A stretch of 64,000 bases of DNA from a bacterium. GTDB lineage: Bacteria > UBA10199 > 2-02-FULL-50-16 > JAJFLM01. Of the stretch, positions 1 through 8,855 are shown piece after piece. Within the stretch, counting starts at the first letter, position 1. Every line of letters begins with the position of its first letter. The stretch is from contig CBDCFN010000016.1 in assembly GCA_965216315.1 (NCBI GenBank), positions 1,120,001-1,184,000 of the forward strand, given 5' to 3'. The position numbers and the translations under genes were made by a program. The notes beneath the pieces were generated by a model. That model did not search any database, had not been told where the DNA came from, and saw only the letters and a program-made list of their open reading frames with translations.

Positions 1-492
1 ATCTTCTTCTCGCTGGGATTGCCGTTTATTGCGGCCGTGCGGGTCACGACAAATGCTTTTTTCGCGATTAAGGATTCACGAACCCCGGTGCGCATGGCGA
101 ATCTATCCGTCATTGTCAATGTCGGTTGTGCCGTCTTGCTCATGTATCCGCTCGCGCACAATGGTTTGGCCTTAGCCTTATCTATTTCGGCTATCTGTAA
201 CTTTATTTTTCAAGTGCTGGCCTATCGACGCCGTGTCGGGCCGATTGGGTTGCGCACGATGATTGTACCGCTCTTTAAAATCATGGGGGCCAGTTGGCTG
301 ATGGGGACGGCAGTGCTGGCGTTGGGTGTCGCCGGCAAATTCTTTGTGACTCCGCACAATTTTACGCGAGAGTTGATCGGGCTCGGGTTATGTATAGGCC
401 TGGGCGTACTCGTTTACATCGGTCTCCTCTTCATCTTGAAAAGTGAAGAGGTGCGTGAGCTTAAGCGCTTTACCAGCCGAGGCGGGCACTAA
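1..492 (+). CDS. murJ: Lipid II flippase MurJ/MviN, C-terminal part (5' truncated by window edge)
   Basis: Hydrophobic ORF with AFFAIKDSRTPV and PLAHNGLALALSIS, typical of the MurJ C-terminal half; frame open from the window start. Confidence 0.85.
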   Translation: MFFSLGLPFIAAVRVTTNAFFAIKDSRTPVRMANLSVIVNVGCAVLLMYPLAHNGLALALSISAICNFIFQVLAYRRRVGPIGLRTMIVPLFKIMGASWLMGTAVLALGVAGKFFVTPHNFTRELIGLGLCIGLGVLVYIGLLFILKSEEVRELKRFTSRGGH

Positions 493-1126
493 AGGTCCAG
501 TTTCTTTGTCCGGCTTTTTGGCCGAAAAAGTTTAAACTCTCCGCGCAAAAACTGAGTAGCCCATAAGTTAGCGGCATGGCGGCACAGATGCCAAGGCCTT
601 TCGTTCGCTCCGGATCGCCGATGTAATCGGGATCGGAAAAGCGGGTCAGGATGGGGAAATTCACTTCAAGATAAGAGAGGGTAACGCTGGGTTGAATCCC
701 GCCGGCTATGCGTACGGCTTTCTTGTCTTCAATGAAATCAGGTCGTGAACGGACATCATAGACAATGTGGAGGCCTGCATTGGCGGTGATGACGCGCAAG
801 AGGGGCAGAAAGCCGATATGGAGCCCCATGCCGGCTCGAAAATTTAACTCCCTAATCTCCACGGCGCTCTTGCCGCCACCCACGCTGATAAACGCTGCCG
901 GAACGTAAGCAATGCCTAAGCCTTTGAGTCGCGGCTGTTGCCTGATTAGGTGCCTTGCACGTTCCGGGATGTTCTTAGGATTCAGATCCTCCTTAGTGAC
1001 TTTAGCGCGCTTCTCGAGTTTGAGTTTTTTCTTGGCCTGGTCCACGGTGTTAGTGCCTTCCGGATTAGTGACTCCTAAACTGTGTTGGACCGACCCCAAT
1101 GAAATATCATCAACCTTCGCCGACAT
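470..1126 (-). CDS. Hypothetical protein, possible small beta-barrel without signal peptide
   Basis: ATG at 1126 preceded by GGAGG (cctcc 1131-1135 on +); amphipathic beta-strand pattern; ends WTFSARLGW. Confidence 0.6.
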   Translation of the reverse strand: MSAKVDDISLGSVQHSLGVTNPEGTNTVDQAKKKLKLEKRAKVTKEDLNPKNIPERARHLIRQQPRLKGLGIAYVPAAFISVGGGKSAVEIRELNFRAGMGLHIGFLPLLRVITANAGLHIVYDVRSRPDFIEDKKAVRIAGGIQPSVTLSYLEVNFPILTRFSDPDYIGDPERTKGLGICAAMPLTYGLLSFCAESLNFFGQKAGQRNWTFSARLGW

Positions 1127-1167
1127 AATGCCTCCCATGAATTCAGCATAAAAGATTACGGAATTAG

Positions 1168-1193
1168 GTGTCGGCGGGACGAGGTGATTGTTG
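1168..1193 (-). promoter_or_regulatory. Putative sigma28-like promoter CAAC-N15-CCGACAC
   Basis: Minus strand reads CAACAATCACCTCGTCCCGCCGACAC; same geometry as the copies at 1264 and 23208. Confidence 0.45.
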
Positions 1194-1263
1194 TGAGTGT
1201 CGCTGAGTTTCAGTGTACCTTGGTACACGCGGCTATTGTGTTAATTTCGAATATTTTCGCAAA

Positions 1264-1289
1264 CAACATATAGTAAGAAGGATCGATAA
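1264..1289 (+). promoter_or_regulatory. Putative sigma28-like promoter CAACATAT-N11-TCGATAA
   Basis: Same 8-mer and spacing as 23208-23233; 50 nt upstream of the orphan ATG at 1340. Confidence 0.55.
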
Positions 1290-1339
1290 GGGTCTCGTTG
1301 TCGCGGGAGAACAGTGCTTAATAAGGAAGGCAGAATTCT

Positions 1340-3682
1340 ATGCTTCAAGCTATTTCAGCGACAACAGTCCTCGCCAGTACCAGCTCCGGTGCAAGCTTTG
1401 CAATGACGGCCCCACAGCTCCTGGCCCGTCTCGATTCGAGCATCCTCTTTCAAGCCGATTTAAATCTTACGGAAACAGCTAGGTTGGCACAGCATATGTT
1501 GCAATTGGGCTCCGGTCCGGAGTCACTGGTGGGGCTGCTCAGCACACCTCAGGGAACTTTGCCACCATCGACGCGAAACCATCTGCGCAGTGAAGCCTTT
1601 CTCGCTACTGCGACGGAACCAGGTCGAACCAGTGCGTTAGAACGTTTCGTGCATCACTATTTAGATGTCCTTGATGATCCGGAACGGCGTCGAAGCATAA
1701 GCTCTGGTGGCGCCATGCCTTACAACTTCTTTCATTCACCTCCTTTATTTGACTATTCACCTCCGCCGGGAAATCCTTTTGGTGTGGCAAAGATCGATAT
1801 ACCGAGCACACCGTCAGTGCGATTCTCATCAGATGGCTATTATCGCTTATTCGGTTTCTCTTCTATGCCGGGGGCATTCCGAGTGATGGGGCAGTTGCGT
1901 GGTATGCGAGGTCGATCCTTGCGCTCGTTGGAGACCTTGGGGCCACTGCAGTGGGAAGGAGAGCTCTATGAAGGGGCGCTGTTTCCAAACGTCGAGTTAG
2001 TGCGTACGGCATGGCGACGTGAACCGAGCCCTAATGAGCAGGTTGTCTTTAAGGATATCCTCGACGTGATGCCGGCGGATATTTCGAGTCTCAGTGCGAT
2101 GGTGCGCGATGTCGATCGCCTTGATCTCAAGGCGCTGTCACCGGCACAGGCCCGCGAAGTAAGGCTCCTGGCCTGGGTCTTATATAAACTGGCCGATGAG
2201 CAGATGGCGCAGACCAATCGCAAGCGGGCCGAAGAATTGCTAACTGATGCCGTCAGCTTACTTGAGGCCTGGCAACGGGCACATCGAGAACATCAATTAA
2301 GTCTCGATCCATCAGTCGGCACTTTGACGGAAAGTGTCCTCGGTGTTTGGAGTGAGCAGAATGATATGTGGCAAATGCACAACCGGAGTATTGATGGGTT
2401 GATCGACGCCGCAACGAGCAGCTTAGGCCTCAGCGGGCGGCAATTGGGAGTCAGGCAGTTGAGTGGTGCTGCTGAAGTGGTCGCAAGCTATCTTATGATG
2501 GGATATCCCATGCTCGCGCATCAAATTCTGCACTATGACATTGAACCCCACTTAACGAGTCCGGAACAAAACGCAATGAGTCTCAGTGTCTTGCATTATC
2601 TGGGTCGTGATCTCGGCCAAGATGACTTTGATCCCCAGCGTCAAGAGGCGATGCGGCAGTTGAAGGCCCACGTTGAGGCCATTCATGAAAAGACTCACTG
2701 GCAGACCTATCAGTCGGCGGAATGGATGCCCAATACGGATGAGCGCGGTCGCAGCGTCTATCGTTGGAACGCGATTATGATCCGCAATATGGTCGTATCG
2801 ATGCGGACGTACTTGGGTTTGGATGCGGCCGATGAGAAAGAGATTTACGAAACGGCGAGTGGGGAACAATTGTTTCCCATCCAAGATGCGACCGATAGTT
2901 TGTATGCTCAACAGCAGGGGCTTGTTACTCTTTTTGAACATTATGATAATGCTGAGCCGGCTTCGGCCTATAGCGAGTATCGCGACCTAAACAATATCAA
3001 ACGTCAAGTGGAGCAGGCGCGTGCGTCATTGGCGAACAAGATCGAGAGCGCGCCAGCGTACCTTAGTGAGATATTCGCGTCACTGCTCGAGCAGATCAAC
3101 ACGACGCAAGTAGAATGGTTGGCGGCCTTTCCGGAGGGAAAGGGGCCGGCCGATATACTATCTCAGACTGGAAGACATTTTCTGGATGCCGCCCAGTTGT
3201 TAATGGATATGGGGGACAGTGGTGAGGCGCATGAGACGATTCTCAAGGCTGAGAAGTTGCTCGGCGAGGCGGCTCAAATGGATGCCGAACTCGTTGCTGA
3301 GCTTCTTGCTGCGGCCGAAGAGCTTCACATTGAGATTCATCTTGCGCGCGAGAGTCGATTGGTGCTGGGGACAGCTGGGATAGGCTATTATGGCAATGAA
3401 GACGGAATGGCCTCCTATGATCTCGGGACGCTGACAGGGCCTCGCGCTATAACAGCCGATTTTGATGCTTTAGGTGCATTTCATCATCCCGGTCCGTTCT
3501 TGTCAGCGCATCTAGTGGGAGGTGCTCGGATCAATCCTGCCACGCATGGTACTCGTGCGGGATTTACGGAAGGGGTTGGAAAGTACATCGTCAGAGTCAG
3601 TGACATGGAGGAAGCTCTCCGTAGGCTAAGTTTGGAGTCGTCTGAAGATGGCGGCGTTCAGGATGATGGCGACGATGATTAA
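1340..3682 (+). CDS. Hypothetical 780-aa protein, mostly helical, no recognisable domain
   Basis: Long ORF with AAGGAAGG upstream; Ser/Thr/Ala-rich N-terminus and acidic C-terminus. Confidence 0.7.
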   Translation: MLQAISATTVLASTSSGASFAMTAPQLLARLDSSILFQADLNLTETARLAQHMLQLGSGPESLVGLLSTPQGTLPPSTRNHLRSEAFLATATEPGRTSALERFVHHYLDVLDDPERRRSISSGGAMPYNFFHSPPLFDYSPPPGNPFGVAKIDIPSTPSVRFSSDGYYRLFGFSSMPGAFRVMGQLRGMRGRSLRSLETLGPLQWEGELYEGALFPNVELVRTAWRREPSPNEQVVFKDILDVMPADISSLSAMVRDVDRLDLKALSPAQAREVRLLAWVLYKLADEQMAQTNRKRAEELLTDAVSLLEAWQRAHREHQLSLDPSVGTLTESVLGVWSEQNDMWQMHNRSIDGLIDAATSSLGLSGRQLGVRQLSGAAEVVASYLMMGYPMLAHQILHYDIEPHLTSPEQNAMSLSVLHYLGRDLGQDDFDPQRQEAMRQLKAHVEAIHEKTHWQTYQSAEWMPNTDERGRSVYRWNAIMIRNMVVSMRTYLGLDAADEKEIYETASGEQLFPIQDATDSLYAQQQGLVTLFEHYDNAEPASAYSEYRDLNNIKRQVEQARASLANKIESAPAYLSEIFASLLEQINTTQVEWLAAFPEGKGPADILSQTGRHFLDAAQLLMDMGDSGEAHETILKAEKLLGEAAQMDAELVAELLAAAEELHIEIHLARESRLVLGTAGIGYYGNEDGMASYDLGTLTGPRAITADFDALGAFHHPGPFLSAHLVGGARINPATHGTRAGFTEGVGKYIVRVSDMEEALRRLSLESSEDGGVQDDGDDD

Positions 3683-4479
3683 CTTTTCTTAGCCTGTTCC
3701 CAGAGAGCGTCCATTTCTGCTAAAGAAGCATTCGCAAGGTCCTTGCCTTGTTCGCGGAGGCGACCTTCAATGAAGGCGAAGCGTTGTTGGAATTTTCGGG
3801 CCGTGTTGAGCAGCGCATTTTCCGGATTGATCTTCAAAAGGCGCGCGACGTTGACGATCGAAAAGAGGAGATCCCCTAATTCTTCACTGAGTTCTTCTTT
3901 ATTTTTCGGTGCGCCGGCCTGATCCGGTAAGTGTTCATTCAGCTCCGCTAATTCCTCTTTCACCTTGTTGAAGGCATCGCTGAGCTGGGGAAACTCAAAA
4001 CCGACGCGTCCGGCTTTTTGCCCTAATCGATAAGAACGCATCAGGGCGGGGAGCGAAGCGGGGACGCCGGAAAGCAGCGATTTTTTTTCATCGCTCTTTG
4101 CGGCCTTTTCCTTGAGTTTGATCTTTTCCCAATTGCTAATGACTTCATCGGCATCTTCGACCTGAACATCTTCAAAGACGTGGGGATGACGACGAACGAG
4201 TTTTTCGCGCAGCGTATTGCAGACGTCATCGAGCGTGAAACGATCGACTTCACTCGCGATTAATGAATGAAAAATCACCTGACAGAGGACATCGCCGAGC
4301 TCTTCTTTGAATTCTGCATAGTCTTGAGCGGCCAACGCCTCCTGCGCTTCATGGGACTCCTCAATGAGGTAGGAGATAATTGATTCATGGGTCTGTTCGC
4401 GGTCCCAGGGGCATCCGCCCGGCGCGCGCAGCCGGGCCATAACGGCGACAAGTTCATCGAATGCATTGGGTTTATTCAT
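3679..4479 (-). CDS. mazG: Nucleoside triphosphate pyrophosphohydrolase MazG
   Basis: LRAPGGCPWDREQTH, EELGD twice, KLVRRHPHVF; ATG at 4479 chosen as start. Confidence 0.95.
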   Translation of the reverse strand: MNKPNAFDELVAVMARLRAPGGCPWDREQTHESIISYLIEESHEAQEALAAQDYAEFKEELGDVLCQVIFHSLIASEVDRFTLDDVCNTLREKLVRRHPHVFEDVQVEDADEVISNWEKIKLKEKAAKSDEKKSLLSGVPASLPALMRSYRLGQKAGRVGFEFPQLSDAFNKVKEELAELNEHLPDQAGAPKNKEELSEELGDLLFSIVNVARLLKINPENALLNTARKFQQRFAFIEGRLREQGKDLANASLAEMDALWEQAKKS

Positions 4480-4637
4480 GACACTGCGCAGCAAAGTAGC
4501 TGTTGGTCGGCGTGGCGTCAAATTTTAGACCGGGCCAAGGTGGATGCTCTTCATGCAGCAATTGAGATTAGTAATTGATTTTCCTCAGTTTTTAAGGTTT
4601 GCTGGGTCTTTGTCTTCAGGGAGTGAATTAAGGTATC

Positions 4638-5072
4638 ATGTTATTCGAAAAGGCCGTTTGGCTGAATGTAAAGACCGATATAGACGTCTTGCCCATCATC
4701 CATGACGTGAAGCTGGCGATACGCGAGTCCGGCGTTACGGAAGGGTTGTTAACGATCTATGTGCCCGATGGACGCGGTGCCATCATGATTGCCCCTGAAG
4801 GGATCGAAAAAGACCGAGAGTTTTTAAGGTGGCTCCGTGATTGGAGTACGGAAAAACCAAAAGCCAAGGAGGAAACGCCCAAAAGATTGTATCTCAGTCA
4901 TCTTTTTGGGGCGACGCAAACAGTGCCGTTAGTGAATAGTGAAATACGAATCAATCTCAACTCCTCAATCTATATGGTGGACTTTACGGAGGTTGAGACT
5001 CGGCGTGAGTTTCGGGTGGCTCTCTTCAGTGAGGCCCCCAAAGAACAACCACAGATTCAAAGGCGGCAGTAG
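4638..5072 (+). CDS. YjbQ/UPF0047-family protein, divergent
   Basis: Overall pattern (IRESGVTEGLLTIYVP ... SHLFGATQTVPL ... IYMVDF..RRE) fits YjbQ, but the conserved HxT and GTWQ motifs are absent. Confidence 0.6.
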   Translation: MLFEKAVWLNVKTDIDVLPIIHDVKLAIRESGVTEGLLTIYVPDGRGAIMIAPEGIEKDREFLRWLRDWSTEKPKAKEETPKRLYLSHLFGATQTVPLVNSEIRINLNSSIYMVDFTEVETRREFRVALFSEAPKEQPQIQRRQ

Positions 5073-5075
5073 TCT

Positions 5076-6050
5076 ATGGATACAGCGAAAACTGAATCTC
5101 ATGAGACCTTGCGATTTGAATGTGACGATAATGCCCTCGCTCAACAGTTGTTTGGTCCCCAGAATCGCAATTTATTGCGTATCGAAGAGATATTAGAGGT
5201 TCGCATCAATGTGCGTGGCGCCAGCCTCCAAATTGAAGGGGATCTTCACTCAGTGGATCTCAGTCACCGTGTTCTCAGCCAGCTCTATGGATTGCTTAAA
5301 AAAGGTCTTCCCATTTACAAAGAAGACGTCGAGCGGGCTCTTAAAATTCTTTCTTCAGACCAAGATGCTGATTTGTCCACTATCTACAAAGAGTCGGTCT
5401 ATATAACGGGCCGAAAAAAAATCATCACACCGCGCAGTCAACATCAGCGTTCTTATTTGGAAGCGATGCAGTCTAAGGATTTGGTATTTGCTGTGGGTCC
5501 GGCAGGGACAGGTAAAACTTATTTGGCAGTTGCGATGGCGGTGCAAGCGCTTAAGGCCAAAGAAGTCAGCCGGATTATTCTCTCTCGACCTGCGGTGGAA
5601 GCGGGCGAAAAGCTGGGTTTTTTACCAGGGGATCTGGTTGAAAAAATTAATCCTTACCTTAAGCCGCTTTATGATGCCTTGTACGATATGATGGACCATG
5701 AAAAGATCATGCATTTGATGGATTCAGGGGTGATTGAAGTGGCACCGCTTGCGTTCATGAGAGGGCGCACCTTGAATTCGGCCTTTGTGATACTTGATGA
5801 GGCGCAGAATTGCACTAAGGAGCAAATGAAAATGATGCTGACGCGGATTGGGCTGGATTCGCGTACGGTCGTGGCCGGAGATATTACTCAAACAGATCTT
5901 TCCGATGAGAGGCCGTCTGGGTTAACGGATGCGATTGCGCGTTTAAAGGGGGTTAAGGGCATCTTTATCCAGGAATTTACGCATGAAGACGTTGTCAGAC
6001 ATGAGCTTGTGGCAAGAATCATTCGTGCGTATGATAAGCCGGCGCCTTGA
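5076..6050 (+). CDS. phoH: PhoH-like ATPase (YbeZ)
   Basis: GPAGTGKT, RPAVEAGEKLGFLPGD, PLAFMRGRTL, DEAQN. Confidence 0.95.
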   Translation: MDTAKTESHETLRFECDDNALAQQLFGPQNRNLLRIEEILEVRINVRGASLQIEGDLHSVDLSHRVLSQLYGLLKKGLPIYKEDVERALKILSSDQDADLSTIYKESVYITGRKKIITPRSQHQRSYLEAMQSKDLVFAVGPAGTGKTYLAVAMAVQALKAKEVSRIILSRPAVEAGEKLGFLPGDLVEKINPYLKPLYDALYDMMDHEKIMHLMDSGVIEVAPLAFMRGRTLNSAFVILDEAQNCTKEQMKMMLTRIGLDSRTVVAGDITQTDLSDERPSGLTDAIARLKGVKGIFIQEFTHEDVVRHELVARIIRAYDKPAP

Positions 6051-6077
6051 GTCAAATAGCGAGCAGAGGAGTATTGT

Positions 6078-8525
6078 ATGGACAGGAAATGGGGTCCTAA
6101 CCGCAGTATAAAAAATGTGCTCTTCTCATTTAAGCGAGAAGACTGGTCCGATATGCGCCATTTTTGGGCTTCGGCTGAATGGGGTTGGGTTTTGTTTTTG
6201 TTGCTCATTGTGGGGATTACAGCGGTGCTTAATATCGTTTGGGAACCGCTGCCTTCCGATATCCTAGAAGGGAGTATAGCCACCCAAGACATTCGCTCTG
6301 ATCGTGATTATACAATTGTTGATAGGGAGGCCACCCGTGAATTGCAGGAGCTAGCCCAGAAAAAAGTGCTGCCGGTCTTTTTATATGATGACGTGTATAA
6401 AGATGAAGTCCTCGATAAGATTAATAGCGCCTTTGGGAGAGTTAAGGCGCGGTATAACGAGCTAGTGACGCTTAATAATGACGACGTTGTCTTGCCACCG
6501 CAGCAAGTTGAGAATTTACGCACCTTATTTACAGATACTCTAGGCGTGTCTGTGTCGGTGCGTGATTTTGAGAGCCTCGTAAGTTCCAAGTTTGATCTAG
6601 CGCTGCAAAAATCCTTAACGAAAGGTCTTGAAGACGTCTTGCAGTACCCGATTCTCGAAGACGGCGATATCATTGAGCCTTACCGTGAAGAAGGGGTTCA
6701 GTTGCTGACGCCAGGTAAAGAGGAAGACAGTCAGATTCTTAAAGGCCGGTCACTGGATGCACTCAAAAAAGTCGAGGAAATTAAAAAGACGATTACGCTC
6801 GGTGAGATTCCTGAAGCGGTTGAGGGAGATATCAAGGCGGTATTACTGCTAATTGCGCAGTCATTTATCGAGCCGACCGCGGTCTTTAGCCCGCAGGAGA
6901 CGGATCGGCGCATGCAGGCAGCCGTGGCATCCATCGAACCCGTAGTGATTCGCATTCAACCCGGTGAATCAATCATTCGCCGTGGCGATCGGTTTGAACC
7001 TCGCGATATATCAATCATCGAGGGGATGAAGAAGGTCAAAGCTCAACGAAATTTTCGCTGGAAGTTTGTCGGGACGGCTCTATTTTCATTTTTCTTTTTA
7101 TTAGGGCTTTATACCTTTACGGTCAGGTTCTTATTCCGGTTTCACCCAAGGCATAAAGATCTCATCTGTATGGGGCTTATGCTAATTATCACCCTAGGGA
7201 TTTTAAGATTGGGCCTCTCGGTTGGACATGCCGTTCGTGATGCCGTTCCCTTTGATATTCCATTGAGTGCCCTTTTCTACGTCATTCCTGCTGCCGGCGG
7301 AGCGATGGTGATTCGAATGGTGCGCAATGCGCAGGAGGCGATGATTTTCGCCATCGCAGCGGCTATCTTGTTAGGTTTGGCTCCGGATATGGAAATCCAT
7401 TATGTCGCCTATTACTTGTTAGGCGGATTAGTCGGGGCGGGGGCCTTAAACCGAGCGGATTCACGTTCCGCCCTGTGGAAGGCAGGAATTATGACGGGCC
7501 TATTTCAGGCGGTGCTTGTGCTGGCCTTTGAGCTTATTCGCTCGATCGAACTCCTGGCCATGCTGGAGCTCAATAATATCTTGTGGGGGATGGGGGCGGC
7601 GCTCTTGGGCGGCTTGTTGGCTGCTTTTGTAACCCAAGCCTTAGCAAGTGTCGCCGAATCCGTATTTGGTTATGTGACTGACATTCAGTTGTTGGAGCTC
7701 AGTGGCCTCAATCATCCTCTCTTAAGGGAGCTAATCGTCCGGGCGCCGGGAACCTATCATCATAGTCATTTAGTCGGGGGGCTCGCCGAGGCGGCTTGCC
7801 GTGAGATTGGGGCGAACGGATTGTTTGCGCGCGTTGCCTCGTATTTCCATGATATTGGAAAAATGACGAAGTCTGATTATTTCATTGAAAATCAAATTGA
7901 TGGAGAAAACCGGCATGAATCATTGAGTCCGTCGATGAGTGCGCTCGTTATTCAAAATCACGTTAAGGATGGGATGGAGTTGGCGCGGAAATACGGTTTG
8001 CCGGAGCCGATTGTTGATATTATTCCCCAGCATCAAGGGACCAAGTTGATCCGCTATTTCTATTCCAAGGCGAAGGAGCAGGAAGATCCTAATGTGTCTC
8101 AGGTCTCCGAAAAGGATTACCGTTATCCGGGGCCACGGCCGCAAACACGGGAAGCAGGCGTGATATTGCTCGCGGATGGCGTGGAAGCGGCCACTCGTTC
8201 TATGCCGGATAAATCACCGACGAAGATACGTGCCATGGTTGAAAAACTGATTAATTTGAATTTTACGGATGGACAGCTTGATGACTGTGAACTCACGTTG
8301 CGTGATATTCACGATATTGGAGATGCCTTTACACGGATATTAATCGGGATTTATCACAAACGCATTGAATATCCCGATATCCCTGGCGCCGAAAATGAAA
8401 AACTCCGTAAAGGAATTCATGGAGAACAGAGTCAGCATCCAAAACAACAGTCCGACTCCGATCCCTCCCAAGAAGAAACTCAGCGAACTAATCGACCGAA
8501 TTTGCGGGATATTAGTCGAAAATAG
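6078..8525 (+). CDS. 7TM-HD family phosphohydrolase (PgpH-like, 7TMR-HDED plus HD domain)
   Basis: N-terminal TM, large extracytoplasmic domain, about 7 TMs, then APGTYHHS, YFHDIGK, HQGT, YRYPGPRPQ, LADGVEAA; lies between phoH and ybeY. Confidence 0.9.
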   Translation: MDRKWGPNRSIKNVLFSFKREDWSDMRHFWASAEWGWVLFLLLIVGITAVLNIVWEPLPSDILEGSIATQDIRSDRDYTIVDREATRELQELAQKKVLPVFLYDDVYKDEVLDKINSAFGRVKARYNELVTLNNDDVVLPPQQVENLRTLFTDTLGVSVSVRDFESLVSSKFDLALQKSLTKGLEDVLQYPILEDGDIIEPYREEGVQLLTPGKEEDSQILKGRSLDALKKVEEIKKTITLGEIPEAVEGDIKAVLLLIAQSFIEPTAVFSPQETDRRMQAAVASIEPVVIRIQPGESIIRRGDRFEPRDISIIEGMKKVKAQRNFRWKFVGTALFSFFFLLGLYTFTVRFLFRFHPRHKDLICMGLMLIITLGILRLGLSVGHAVRDAVPFDIPLSALFYVIPAAGGAMVIRMVRNAQEAMIFAIAAAILLGLAPDMEIHYVAYYLLGGLVGAGALNRADSRSALWKAGIMTGLFQAVLVLAFELIRSIELLAMLELNNILWGMGAALLGGLLAAFVTQALASVAESVFGYVTDIQLLELSGLNHPLLRELIVRAPGTYHHSHLVGGLAEAACREIGANGLFARVASYFHDIGKMTKSDYFIENQIDGENRHESLSPSMSALVIQNHVKDGMELARKYGLPEPIVDIIPQHQGTKLIRYFYSKAKEQEDPNVSQVSEKDYRYPGPRPQTREAGVILLADGVEAATRSMPDKSPTKIRAMVEKLINLNFTDGQLDDCELTLRDIHDIGDAFTRILIGIYHKRIEYPDIPGAENEKLRKGIHGEQSQHPKQQSDSDPSQEETQRTNRPNLRDISRK

Positions 8526-8841
8526 GGCTGGAGTGGAGCTCATCTTTATGAGCGATGCGCAAATCCGACCTTATTATAAGGAGTACTTCGGGGAGGATCG
8601 AGCGACGGACGTCATAGCTTTTCCTTTGGAAGATGAGGAATTGCTGGGGTCCATTGTTGTTTCGATCGAAACTGCGGAGCGACAGGCCAAAGAGCATGGA
8701 AAATCTCTTTGGGAAGAAGTCCGTTTTCTGATCATCCACGGTTTTCTGCATTTGCTCGGCTATGATCACGGCGAGGAGGAAGAGAAACGCGTGATGCAGG
8801 CCAAAGAGCAGGAATTACTTGCGTTGACTGAATCTATCTGA
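8419..8841 (+). CDS. ybeY: rRNA maturation endoribonuclease YbeY
   Basis: TDVIAFP and HGFLHLLGYDH metal-binding motif; ATG 8419 follows AAAGGA. Confidence 0.93.
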   Translation: MENRVSIQNNSPTPIPPKKKLSELIDRICGILVENRAGVELIFMSDAQIRPYYKEYFGEDRATDVIAFPLEDEELLGSIVVSIETAERQAKEHGKSLWEEVRFLIIHGFLHLLGYDHGEEEEKRVMQAKEQELLALTESI

Positions 8842-8855
8842 TTTTCATTCACATC

